NCBI RefSeq assembly: GCF_009834535.1
Contig: NC_045696.1
Coordinates: 59,522,001 to 59,586,000 of the forward strand
DNA length: 64,000 nucleotides
Reading direction: 5' to 3'
Source: Camelus ferus
Lineage: Eukaryota
Part shown: piece after piece, positions 52,005-64,000 of the stretch
How positions within the stretch are numbered: the stretch's first letter is position 1
Layout: every line of letters starts with the position of its first letter
Notes under the pieces: generated by a model
What the model was told of the DNA's origin: nothing
The model's database searches: none
The model's input: only the letters and a program-made list of their open reading frames with translations
Program-made: the position numbers and the translations under genes

Positions 52005-52465
52005 TGTGTTAGTGTTTGAGGGGTAACAAATACCACACGCTGGGTGACTTAAGCAGCAGAAATGTCTTATCTCACAGCTCTGGAGGCTGGAAGTCCAAGA
52101 TCATGGTGTCAGCAGGGTTGGTTTTTTTCTGAGGGATATGAGGGAGAATCTATTCCATGCCACACTCCTAACTTCCAGTAGTTTGCTGGCAATCTTTGGC
52201 ATTCCTTGGCTTGCAGATTCATCCCTCATCACCACCTTCGGTGTCACATGACATTCTCGCTGAGTGTGTCTGTCTCTTCACGTGGTGTTCTTTTTGTCAG
52301 GACAGCAGTCATACTGAATTATGGGCCCACCCTACTTCACTATGACTTGATCTTAACTAATGATATCTGCAATAACTGTTTGCAAATAAGGGTCCCATTG
52401 TAAGGTACTGGGGGTTAGGGCTTCAGCATGTGAATTTAGTGGGGGACACAATTCAACCTTTAACA
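52005..52465 (-). mobile_element. MLT1 (MaLR) solo LTR
   Basis: TG...CA ends, TSD cccaa/cccag, 'ctggaggctggaagtccaagatc'. Confidence 0.9.
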
Positions 52466-53279
52466 CCCAGGTCTTCAGGTCTGAAGAACTCCATGCAGAC
52501 TGGAGGACACTTTAGACATAGGCCAAGTAAAGCACCATACAGTCATTGCTCCACAATTCCATTCCATTTCCCCTCACTGTGCTTTTGTTCTTGACTGCTC
52601 CTGCTGCCAGATTCACATCTTCACCAGTAACCACCTGCTCACCATTCTATAGGACATTGGGCCACTGTAGGGATATTAAGAAATATAATGTACACCTGAG
52701 TCACCAATTCTAACTCAAGGTCTATCAGGAGATCTTTTTAAAGGGAAACCTGCGTAGGAAAAGACGTATGCATGGCATGTATGTAATAACTGGCATATTT
52801 GTATTATAAAGGCAGTGACTGTCCTGATCAGCAATAATTATGAGTTGATTGCCTTTTTAAATGCTCTGGAGAATACAGACAGGGACAGGAAGAGAGTGTG
52901 TGTGAGAGTGAGTGTGTGCATGTGTGAATGTGCATGCGTGCAGTAGCTTAAGATAAACAAAATCACCAGACTCCTCCCCAACCTTCCTGCAAGCTTTAAG
53001 CCTTTGCTTGGCACCCAGAGAATAGCCTGCATCTCCTCACCCTGGCTGTGCCTGCTTCCTTCTGTCAGCTCCCTGAGTTGCTGACCCCCTTCCCCTCCAA
53101 AGAGATAGCTTTGTTCCAAAAGATAAACACCAGTAGTTACAAGGGACTGGAGGGGAAAGTCGAGCAATCTCCCAGTTAGCATTTCCCGGGTGTTCTCACA
53201 TAGAAACCCAGCCCATCCCTGTGGATGAGGTATTTCTAGCTCTGGCAGATACAGCCTGAGATGTGAGGGCAATGATGGA

Positions 53280-53614
53280 TTTTCCTAAGGGTGTGGGGCC
53301 GGGGCAGCTGGGGAGTGGGGATTCTTGTGTGTCTCCTCCCTTCTTTCCAGGGATGCCCCACCTCAGAGAAATCCCAGGGATGGAGGAGGCACCTAGCTAG
53401 TGCCCACTTGTGCTGAGCTGCCAGGCAGGCTGCTGGCTTGCTGAGAGGTGGCGGGTGAGCCGGGTGCTCAGCTCCTCTGTGCCAGCTCAGGGAGCTCTCG
53501 GCTCAGCGCCCACACCCTGCGCTCCAGCTCTGGACAGCCCTGGTGGGCTGGGGGAAGGCGTGAAGCTCGGTTCGTGACTGCAAGTTGACTCTCCCTCACT
53601 GTTGTTGCTGGCAG
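53280..53614 (+). promoter_or_regulatory. GC/CpG-enriched segment directly upstream of the exon; candidate internal (delta-kalirin) promoter
   Basis: Clustered CpGs at 53450-53580 and five G-runs at 53289-53320, against a CpG-poor intron; function inferred. Confidence 0.35.
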
Positions 53615-53806
53615 AATACATACACCAATGCAGACAAGCTCCTAGAAGCAGCAGAGCAGCTGGCTCAGACGGGGGAATGTGACCCGGAGGAGATCTACAA
53701 GGCAGCTCGACACCTGGAGGTGCGCATCCAAGACTTCGTGCGCAGGGTGGAGCAGCGGAAGCTTCTCCTGGACATGTCTGTCTCCTTCCACACACACACC
53801 AAAGAG
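53615..53806 (+). CDS. KALRN: Kalirin coding exon (~exon 11), 192 nt, phase 0-0
   Basis: Acceptor gttgctggcag|AAT, donor GAG|gtaagg. Encodes NTYTNADKLLEAAEQLAQTGECDPEEIYKAARHLEVRIQDFVRRVEQRKLLLDMSVSFHTHTKE. Confidence 0.97.
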
Positions 53807-55639
53807 GTAAGGGCATGTGGTGGAGGAGGGGCATTGGCTGGGCTGCTTCCTTCTTGCAAGGGTCAGGTCAGTTTTCTAGCCCCCAAGGTATGCCCGGGGT
53901 CCTGGATGGTCTGGGGGTTACCAGCCTCCTAAGGTTGATGATATTAACAGCTTGTTCCTGTATTTAGGTCTCGACCAATGTGAGGCAAAACTCCCTCCTC
54001 ATCTCTAGTGAGGAGAGGGCTGATGAGGCAGGTGTTTGGGGAGTCTGCTAGGGCATTCAGTCTGCAGCTGGAGAAATTTGGGAATCCTTGGTATAGAAAT
54101 AGTTGCCATAAGAGAAATCAATAGAGGATCAGAGACTCCCTTCCTACCCCACACTCAGTTTCTCTTGGTTGCTGTCTCCTGTCAGAAATCAGAGTCCAGC
54201 AGAACTTTGATCATCTTTGCTACCCGCAGGGAACATGCAGAGTTTCCCAATGTTTTCTGTATTTTTATTTATTTATTTTTAAAAGAAGATTAAATCTTCT
54301 TAATGCAGTCTGCCCCAGGGTGATATTGAAATGAGATGGTCCTCACCTTTTTCACTGTGGAGTGACAGCCAGTGAAGAAAGGGGGACTGGGGTGTCTTCC
54401 ACGCAGGAGGAAGCTAGATGGGCTTAAATCTGGCCCCTGAATCATTCACAAAGTGGAGATCAGAGCCAGAGGATGATCGCGTTACAATATTGACAGGGCA
54501 GAAGGGCCCAGAGAGAGGAGGAGGGTTGCAAACCTGGGGTTGCTTTTCATTTCTGATTAACACGGGCACTCTGAAACTGAGTAAGTGGCCAGTAAGGAGG
54601 CACGTTTAGCATCTTCTGTAATAACACCCTTGGCAGATGAACTCATTAGGTGTGTGCATGCTTGTGTTCCTCCAGGAATTCATTTTAATGGAGTATTAAT
54701 TAAAGTTTGATTGCTGCTCACGAAGAAACATTAACCCTACTTAATTAAGTTGATTTTTGATATTTGAAATGCATTAGGAAGCCTGGTTGTTACTACTTCA
54801 CAGGTTTTTCTGACACTTTGTGGGAATGAATGCAAATCGTTGCAGTGCCTATCAGAGAAAAGCATGAAAAGATAATGTTTTCTAAACAGATTCCCCAGGC
54901 AGATGAAGGGCTGGCAAGCCCCGTGAAGCTGGCTCTGCCTCCTCTCTGTGGGACCTATAACCACTCTCTGATGAGTGTCTGTAAAGCAAGGGGATTATCT
55001 TTAATCCACGTTTTCCTGCCTGGTTGTCTGCTTGCTTGTGGCTTACCTGATTCTTAATAATGGTCTCAGAAACCAAAGGCATGTGTATTCTCTTTTAATT
55101 ATGAGCCTGTGGGTGAGAGAATGGAGCATGAATGAACAGGAGTCACGTTCCTTGTGAGGGCTATGGGGGTGTCAGTTGCCAAGGGAGGGGGTGGATGAGG
55201 TCAGTTTCCATGGAAGTCCCACTCCTGAGAGGGTGACTGTGGCTTCCAGGAACCCCCTCTAGCTACATATCCCCCCTTCTGTACTTGGAACTGGGAGGCT
55301 GGGATTCCAGTTCAGATCCTGCTGCTGGAGAACCATGGGAGCTTGTGCGAATCCTTGTGTCTCTGGCCCCGGGTTGCCTCATCTACAAAATTATGTGATT
55401 GGACTCAGTGGCTCTGAGGCCCCTTATGGTTCCAATGTGAATTCAAGTTCCCTTTCTTTCTCTTCTCCTCTTCTTCTGTATTTGATGTTGATAATAATTA
55501 TTATTAATAATAATAGTAATTAAGCTTGAAGTAATTAAGCATTATTACTTAATTACAACTAACTAATCACCTACAGGTGATTTACCTAGCCTAAGATTTG
55601 GTTCATTGCAAGTATTCAGTGTATATTAAGTAGTACTTT

Positions 55640-55840
55640 TTTCTGAGTACTTAGTACTTGCTACACATGTATGTCATCTCATGTAATCCTCATGAGACTC
55701 TTATGATGTAGACTTTATTAAACGTGTTTTCAAATGGGGAAGGGAAGGCCCAGAAAAGAACTTGTCTAGGGTTCAGAGCCGCTCAGTGCTGCAGAGACTT
55801 GACCTGTCTTCCTGAATTCTGCTCTTGTGCTCTCATTTGC
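55640..55840 (-). mobile_element. MIR SINE
   Basis: 'tcatctcatgtaatcctcatgag...gggaaggcccagaaaagaacttgtctaggg'. Confidence 0.6.
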
Positions 55841-58349
55841 TACCCCACACTCTGTTCTCCTTTTCCCCTTTGTGTCTCCTCCTCTCCTCCACTCTCCTTC
55901 CTTCTGCTTACTCTTCTTTTTCCTCTTTACATTTTCAAACCCCAAAGCAGAGGCTTGATGGGGAGGGTAGCTTCAGCTGAGAAGAGTAAAGCATTGCCAG
56001 GGTTGGGGCTGTGGCAGATAGGAACAGTCAGGGATGCAGTTATCAACCATTCTTGTCCCAGATCTCTCCCAAACCTTGCTAAGCTTGGTCCAATTTAAAT
56101 CTGACTCTTGTTTTCCCGCTGCGGCTCATATAACCATGTTTGCCTGAAATAGTACTGCAGGGAGCAGCATGATATTGAGGGCAGGTGAAGAAAGGGAGAG
56201 GGAACTGAAATGGATTTGGCCTCTGTTGTGTGCTGGACTATTTATCTATCTAATCAATAGCCATGAGAATAATTTGCCCAGTGTCTTGTAGCAAAGATGC
56301 AGTAAATGTAGGAATTGATCCCAAGTCTTTCTGACTCCAAAGCCCATGCCTTTTCTCATTTGCCTTTCATGTAAAGACTTTATATAAAGGCCAGGAAACA
56401 GAGACTTGGAAGAGTTTTCTCCACCAGGGAATTTATTCCAACTGGAGTTTGTCAGGAAGTAGCAAAATATCTTCTTTGGGACCCCCAAATATGAGAGAAA
56501 TTAGGAGCCGTCCTGCCTTGATGCAGAGAGGTGTGTGATAGTGAGGCTTTTTCTTTCAAGAGATCTGCAACCCTCAGGTCTTTTTTTTCCAGGATGGAAA
56601 GAAAAGCATCATTCTGAGTGGCTGTCATGGAGAGGCTGTTCATGGGAGCCATCTAGCAGGACTTTATATCTGCACATTTTCTCTCAGTTACCTTCCCATC
56701 CCCAAACTAGTCTGTCTGAGGCCCCTTTTAGGCAGAGTAGAGAATAAGGCATGTGCACATATGTACACACTTATGCATTATGTACACATATACATGTATA
56801 TGCATATGTATATTGCACATACACACAGATACATGTTTACCCACACGGTAAGTACAGCAAGCTCTTAGATGCCAGGGAGATCTGATTTCCAGATCTAGAT
56901 CACTGGTCATGCTGTGTGCCTTTGAGAAAATTACTTAGTCTCTGTTACTTTGTGATAATTATGATGATGGTTATTACAAAATTGAGTAGTACAATACTAA
57001 TACCTACTTTTTTTCCTAGTAGAAAACTCCCTCCCAAATTTTTCCTTAATGCTTCTCTAATATAGGCTTAATAAGGAACTTGAGGACTTAACTCAGGCAT
57101 CACGTTCCCTTGAAATTCTTCCCTGGGGCTTCCAACTGCCCACCCAGATGAGACAGGAGCACAGTGTGCGTATCTCATCGAGGGATCCCACTGAGCCAAG
57201 TGGCACCTCCTCATCAAGCTGAAAGTGCTCATATGTAGAGAACACATGTAGATGTATGAATATAGATTCTACTGTATGTTTCTGCTGCTGTGTCTGATAC
57301 ACAGTGATGGTGAGTAAATATTGAACAGGTTTACCTGACTGTGAGAGGCTGGTCATTTCTCCTTAAAAAAGAAAATTTAAAAAACCGAGGGGAGGGAAAA
57401 GCCCTTTCAATCACATCTTTTATCTACTCCAGTTCTTTGACTTTAGCTCTGCAGACAATATAAAGAAAGGAGGACAGGCGGGGAATCTGGATTGCCTGTG
57501 GGAGCTTTCCTCTAGAGCCTGTGTAGCGGGCAGAGACGGATTATCAGGTGGGCAGAAGTGAGCATCCTTGGATGGTCTAATAAAGAAGGAACTCTGTATC
57601 ATTTAATACCTCTTAAGACGCACCACCTCTCAGACCTTGCTAAATGTGGGTCCTGTTTGATCCCATGTCTATTAACTCTTGACTCCTTCCTCTTGAGTCT
57701 ATAGGCAAACTTCTGGCTTTTTACTCAAAGCAAGCTTAGTGGCCAAGTCTACAAGCCTGTGCGGGAACTGGAGTTGCTATGGACGTTTTCTCCTTTTACA
57801 GTAAATAGGGTGAATGGAAGGATGACCTTCTGCTCAGTTTCGCTCAAGTGGCCTTGGGTGGGGCTAGGGCTGATGGTAAACATTGTCACAGATCTTGTGG
57901 TAGCTCCCGTGCTTGTCGTGGCTCCTTCCTTCATTCATTCTCCCCTCCTTCTTTTTCTTTCTCCTTCCTACCTACCTACAGTTGCTTGCTGAGTTTTTGC
58001 ATTTGTACCAAAGTGTAATAGTGTCATTGTATGATGTAATTTTGAAGGAATTAAAGTCCCCTTTATAGGAGATTTCTGAGTGGGAACTGAATATCCATCT
58101 TCATAAATGATATAAACTATACTTCCTATGACTCCCCAGGGTGAAGTTCATCATTTTACTTTTGCCCACTTCCTACATCAAAAGATTTACTCTAATTAGG
58201 ATCAGAGAGGAAACAGAGGGAAGATAGGAAGAAGGTATCCTCCAGGCTCATTTTTTCAGCAGATTGAAAATTCTGCTTGATCCTGTTGGCCCTGCTTTGT
58301 GAATTTGTGGCGACTAAAGGAGCCTGGAGAGTTAAAACTTTCTAACCAT

Positions 58350-58720
58350 TTTGTTACAGTGTTATTCATAACCTTGAATAATTAGCAACCATCTAAATAT
58401 TCCATGTTAGGTGACTCATTAAACAAATCACAATCTATATAGTGAAATATTATGCAGTTGTTATAAATTGCATTGTCAGAGATCCTTAATGGCATGAGAA
58501 AGGGCTTGTGATATAATATATAAAAGATTGTATGTCCAGTAGGACCACACTTTGAATCACACGTATGGAATAAAGACTAGAAAGAAATATACAAAGAAGT
58601 TAAGAATGTTATGGGTGATTTAATTTTCCTTTGCATATAGTTTTGTTTTATAATTTTTTCTCAATGATACTTTCAGTAGAAAATCAGGAACAGTCCCAAT
58701 AAATGTTATTTTATAGCAAC
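58350..58720 (+). mobile_element. Old L1ME-like 3' fragment
   Basis: 'gcaaccatctaaatattcca...gtgaaatattatgcagttg...ctagaaagaaatatacaaa'. Confidence 0.55.
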
Positions 58721-61700
58721 AAAACTTTCATCCCTACTTAGAGAGAAGGGCCACATAATGAAGAGAAGTGACAAACATGCATTTGGGACCCTCTTATGCC
58801 TCCAGAACCTCAGCTATGAGTACAAATTGGCTGAACTTTCAAATACCTTCTTTTTTGCCTGGGGACAAGAGGACAGCTGGCTGTTTGCTAGTCTGGAGAG
58901 CCTGGGGAGGATGCAGGGGGAAGCATTTACCCAAATCCTCATTTTCTTTGTCCAAGGAAAAGGCATTTGTAGCAAGTGTCATCTGCTATGCAGAGATTGT
59001 CCAGATAGAATTCTCTCTCTATGCTGTGTTTCCATGGAAATGCTGCAATTGCTGGGTTTTCAAAATATCCATTTTTAGATATTTTTATAGTAATAATATG
59101 AGAGTCAAATTAACTAAGGAATGTGGCCAAGATAATCAACCTCAGCTCTTTATTAGGTAGTTTAGTTAAATGCCCATTTCCGTTTGTTTATAACCCTGCA
59201 AAATCATTCTTGCCTGCTATACCCTGCTCAAATAGGTACATACACATACACACACACACGCCCCACAAATGCCAGACACTCACATGTACACATGTTCCCC
59301 TGGCCACCCACTGTAGAACCAAAACTAAAGCAATCTTCCCAAGAGATGTTGGCCTCGAGAACAAAACTGCTTCATCCTCTATGTCAGTTGCCAAACCGTT
59401 ATGGTGTTTATTTAAGAAATAAAAGCTAGTAGTAGGTGCTAAAGAAAAACAATCTCTTCAAAATGAGGGGGAAGTCGCTCACCCTGTGGAACTGGTGTTT
59501 CTTTCCACATCTCTAGGGGTCAGTCAACTGTGTCAGCACAGTAGCTGCCAGAACTGAATAAATGGCACAGCCAATCAGAAGGAGAAGGTGATGGAGTAAA
59601 TTACCACTTTCCTTAACCACTCATCCCTAAGCCTCATTAGTTCTACAGACCCCCTAGTTCCTCCCTTCCTTGTCGTTCTCTTTCTGCCCTTTTCAATTGC
59701 CCTTTTCTCAGGTTGCCCCACTATGCAAGCAGGATGAGGTCTGGGCCCCCTGGACTCATTAGTTCAGTCTTAGAGCTAGCTTTATGGAGGGCATTCAAAG
59801 GACTGCTTTAACTCTACCCCTGCCAAGGTTCTAGAAATTCTCAAAATTGGCTCATTCTTTTGAATGTAGGCGTTTTTGGACACAATTCCGAGAGAAGGAA
59901 TACATAAAGCCATCTCAGTGTATATATTAGCATGGACCAAGTAGTCATTGCCAAGCAGAGAGCAGAACCCTGAAAGAATGATCATGGTACAGGGGTGTTT
60001 GATCAAGAGGAGGGGTCTGGAAATGGCTGAAGCATGAGATTCTTTCTGGGGAGCAGGTGAGTTTGTGGCAAAGGTGCAGTGCTGTCCTGTTAGACTTTAG
60101 ATAAGCAGAGGTAAAGAGGATTATCCTAGGTGAGAGAAATGGAAGTGGAGGACAGTGAGAGAAACCATGTGGTGGCTGCAGCCAAGCTGCCTGACTCACT
60201 CCATGATTCCACTTCATTCTGGTAACCGTTGGCTCATGGTAATTTGAAGTGCGAGGTGATTCTGACTCAGTCTCATCGGCTTCCTGATAATTAGTAAATT
60301 AATCATAGAAGCAGCTCTCCGATTTGGATTCCTTTCAAAGCAATCTAGGCATGCTCTTCAGGGATAAGTCAGATGGACACATACGTAGGAGACCTACAGG
60401 AAATTCTGGTAGTAGGAAAATTATAGCCTAAGGAATGGAATATGAGTCCTCAGAGTTTAGTGACACTGCTGTTTATGTCTGTTCACTTTTATGCTTCAGA
60501 GGTGCTTATTCAAAATTATGAACCTGCAGTTTAAGTTTGCTGCCACCAAGGGGCAACTGTGCGTGTGTGTATGTGTGCGTGCGTGCGGTTTGGGATTTCA
60601 AGGTTGTAAATGGTCTCTTAACTTGGTATCATAATTATCCTCAATCTGCTACGAAAGTCTCTGGACTTTGGGTGTCTTGGTATCAAAGCTGTGACTGCAG
60701 GTTTGCAGTTCGGAGAGTATCTCTGTTACTACCTCTTCTTTAGCTCAGCTTCTGAAGGGAAACCATGGCATGTTAGAGTTGGAAGGGGATTTTAGAGACA
60801 CGCTAGAGAAACCACGAAACACACACATATGCATTCATGAACACAGACACACATGTGTGCACATACACTTTAAGTATGAAGTAATTGAAATAAGTAGTTT
60901 TCTCATGATCATAGAACTAGCCAGACAAAGACTGAGTCAAGAATTACTCCCAGTAAGTATCAATTCCATTCAAGAACTCTTTTCCCTCTGGGTTGTTTTG
61001 TTTTTGTTTTTACAGAAGGAAAAATAGAGAAAGATGTAGCTAACCCTTTGTCTCTGGTACTATAATCCCCTTCCGTATCTGAGTCCAGTTTCCTAGCAGT
61101 TTTACTTGGCATCTTATCCTCTTGAAGGTAGATGGGCCGCTTCCTTTGCTTACCAGGCTGCTGACCACTGAGCTGAGTGGCATCTAATGTCATATTTGAT
61201 TGTTTATCTCTTAGCTGACTTTCTTCAACAGTAGGTTTTAACTCTACCTTAGACAAGAGTTTATTTAATAATAATATAGTAAATATATGACCAGAAATCT
61301 GAGAAATCAATTTCAACTCATTAATCAGAGAATATTTGGAGGGGAGGATGTATTTTTAAATGATACTGATTTCTGAGGTTAGTGTGTATCCTCAAAATAT
61401 CCCTAATCTTTCTCTAGTCTTTTTGTTTGTAATGCTGACACATCATCTCGGGCAATGTTTGGTCTTTGACTGTCCCTGCAATTTAGCTGTGTGACCACCA
61501 GGCAGAGGGACTGTCCTGAGTTGTGGTGGATTTCCTCAAAAAGGAATGATGCTGACTTTCTTCCCTAGACCTACACCAGAGGTGTTCAAGTTCTTATTAA
61601 GGAGGGAAAAAAGGACCTCCAAGCTATGAAGCCGTTAAAATAGCTTAAGGATGGTACTGAGAATAAAATTGCCTTCAATAAAATCAAATCCTCAAGATCT

Positions 61701-62089
61701 CTCTAAGCCCCTTTCCTGTCTCTTATTCCTGTAGCACAAGTGCAGCCTCATCCTAATCAGGTGCCTGTCCTCCACTGACGCACTGAGTTTGTTTTTCTTC
61801 TCTTAAATGTCCTGCTCTCTGTCCACAATGTTCATCTCTCTCTCTCTTCATGTCTTTTCTTTTATTTTTTTTAAAAGAAATATCTGAACTTTTCAATCTC
61901 TAGGCTTTCCTTAGATATTCCAGGACAAAGCTGCAGAAACAGAACACAGAGGCCCAGCTCATCATCCCATACTGAAGGACCAAACCCAGTATTGATCTTT
62001 TACCAATTTCAAAATGAAGGAGCACTTCAAACCTTCCCTCTGTCTTCTAGTGGGAACTGGAGATGGCTCGTATCAAAAATATCTTAAAT

Positions 62090-62495
62090 ATCATAATACT
62101 TAGCACTTTATGTAGCACTTATTAAATACCAGGCACTGTTTCTAAGTGATATACATATATCTGTGTGAGCATGTATGTGTGTGTACAGATAACCATATGC
62201 ATATGTGTATATATATATATATATGTTTTTATAATTTACATAAATACTGAGTATATATACATATACACAAATACACACTTATATCTCACTTATTTGTGTG
62301 TGTATACACACAGACATAACACACACATATATATCAACTTATTAGTGATCTTTACAACTCTGGGGGGGTAAAAACTATTATTATTCCCACTTTACTGATA
62401 AGGAAAACTGAGGTGCAAAGACTGTAGGTTACTGACTCAAGGTTATATAGGTAACGTGGTAAAACTGCAGTTTGAAACTCTTAACCACTATGCTA
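62090..62495 (-). mobile_element. MIR SINE interrupted by a (TA)/(CA)-rich expansion (~62150-62335)
   Basis: 'ccaggcactgtttctaag' ... 'attcccactttactgataaggaaaactgagg'. Confidence 0.75.
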
Positions 62496-64000
62496 TATTG
62501 CTTCTCCATACGGTAATTTTTCAGGGAATTCATTATCTCATACCCAAGGGTTAAATACATTTGGAAAATGTCTTTGCTCTTTAGGCAAAATGACAGCCGG
62601 AAAGAATGAAGTAGCTTTAAGTTATAGTGACCAATATCCTGAACTTCCTAATTTCATACTGATTTGAAATAAATACATTCATACCTTTAAGAATATGAAT
62701 CCCAGCTTATATGGTCTAGAAAACTTGTGTTTTACAACAAAAGGTTTATTTGTAAAGAAAGGAAACTGAACTAATTACAACCAGAAGCAAGCTGCTACAT
62801 GACAGGGACACTGAATAATAACAATTTGTATTCCTCATAGCTATAATGACAATACTACAGTCTTATTAATAATCATGTATATTTATGTAAAGCATTGATA
62901 ACGTAAATAATTTATTTCTCATAATTTTTGGAGTGAGCAGGGCAAATATTATTCTTCCCATTTTGTAGATTAGGAGACACAGGCTTAGAGAGGTTCTCAT
63001 CTATCCAAAAAGAACATTTGTTAAAGCCCTTTATTTACTATCTCCAGGGCTTTTTAATCTTGTTAACCCAACCTCTTCTGCCGCATTTATGGCCTTTCCT
63101 GTCTAAAGAACAAAGAATGACTTGTCCAAAATCTGAAGACTATTTTTTGTCTCTCTTTATTGTCTCTTTTCTTACCTCTTTTTACAAAGGCTATACCATG
63201 ATTTACTGTACTGAGAATCAGCAAGATGAAATAATATTCTTAAGGTGGATATTTATCCATGTTTGTAACATGGAGGACTTACAGAACGCTAGATCCATAA
63301 GGTCACTAACCATTTTATGCTGTGCTTTCCCCAGCCTATGTTACATACGAAGTCTTGGTGAGCAAAGGGTATAGTGATTTACTCAGAGGCGCCACAGGTT
63401 ATAGGAAGAGCACAATCCACATCTCCTGGCTTCTTCTACCAGATTTTTCCCCCTGGTGGAGCCATGAGCTTATCTTTCCTGCTGTCCAGATGAAGATTCC
63501 TTGTTTCTAAGATAATGTCAGACTCATCTTTGCCTCCATCATTCATGAAAATGCCCACTGAGAGCAGTTAGAAGAGGAGCACTGTGGTAGGCCACTGGAG
63601 ACCTATGTTCAATATGAGGAAGAGGTATCAATAAATGGATTTTTAGGAATTCAGCTCAATTCCTCATCATTTCCAGTGCTTGTTCCATTCAAAACACTAT
63701 AATTAGCTCCTTTCAAGTTGTCTGACCAGTAATATCATCCTGACTACATTTCATCATCTTGAATATCGTGAGGGAAATGTTTCATATTTATATTGAAATT
63801 AAGCTATGTCTCTAGCATTCAACTTTCTAACCAACTGAGCAATCCTGAAAAGAATAAAATAATTTAGCCTAGCACATATTTACTTAATCTTCATTTGGTT
63901 CTTTTTGAGCATCACATTCTTTTTTGCATATTTGTAAAATCATGATAGGTTTCTAGGAACCAGCATGAGTGGTGCTTTCCAGTGGGAAATGCCTTGGACA

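Noticed and set aside
44396..52465. Two same-orientation MLT1 LTRs as ends of one provirus
   Set aside because: Each has its own TSD, and the interval holds L1, MIR and Tigger rather than MaLR internal sequence.
63018..63374. ORF containing MEDLQ, resembling the next kalirin exon (recalled LWTWMEDLQKE)
   Set aside because: Flanking residues do not match and there is no acceptor at the expected position; the next exon probably lies beyond the window.
1..64000. TRIO as an alternative gene identity
   Set aside because: Peptides such as FLSGVDAWCKMCSEGGLPSEMQDLE and VSQDGKALLDVLQRPLSPGNSESL match kalirin as recalled; TRIO differs at several of these positions.

Overview
Mammalian genomic DNA, most likely camelid (one Vic-1-like tRNA-derived SINE; no Alu, Bov-A/BovB, PRE, ERE or CAN-SINE noticed). 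The window lies inside the KALRN (kalirin RhoGEF kinase) gene on the + strand. It holds five consecutive phase-0 coding exons (1411-1602, 5256-5387, 8437-8667, 24171-24293, 53615-53806) that splice into 290 uninterrupted codons of the spectrin-repeat region, recalled as roughly exons 7-11 of the human gene. The rest is intron filled with MIR, L2, L3/CR1, L1, MaLR/ERV LTRs, hAT/Tigger DNA transposons and microsatellites, often nested. Best leads: (1) a CpG/G4-rich candidate internal promoter and in-frame Met for delta-kalirin at the last exon; (2) a perfect cryptic donor 172 nt past the fourth exon; (3) a ~320-bp TSD-flanked retrocopy of an unidentified transcript; (4) a long CR1/L3 fossil retaining ORF1 esterase motifs; (5) an isolated L1 5' head; (6) a CTCF-like motif in a CpG-retaining L2. 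I found no convincing new biological system. Repeat family names are from memory of consensus sequences and boundaries are approximate unless TSDs are given.
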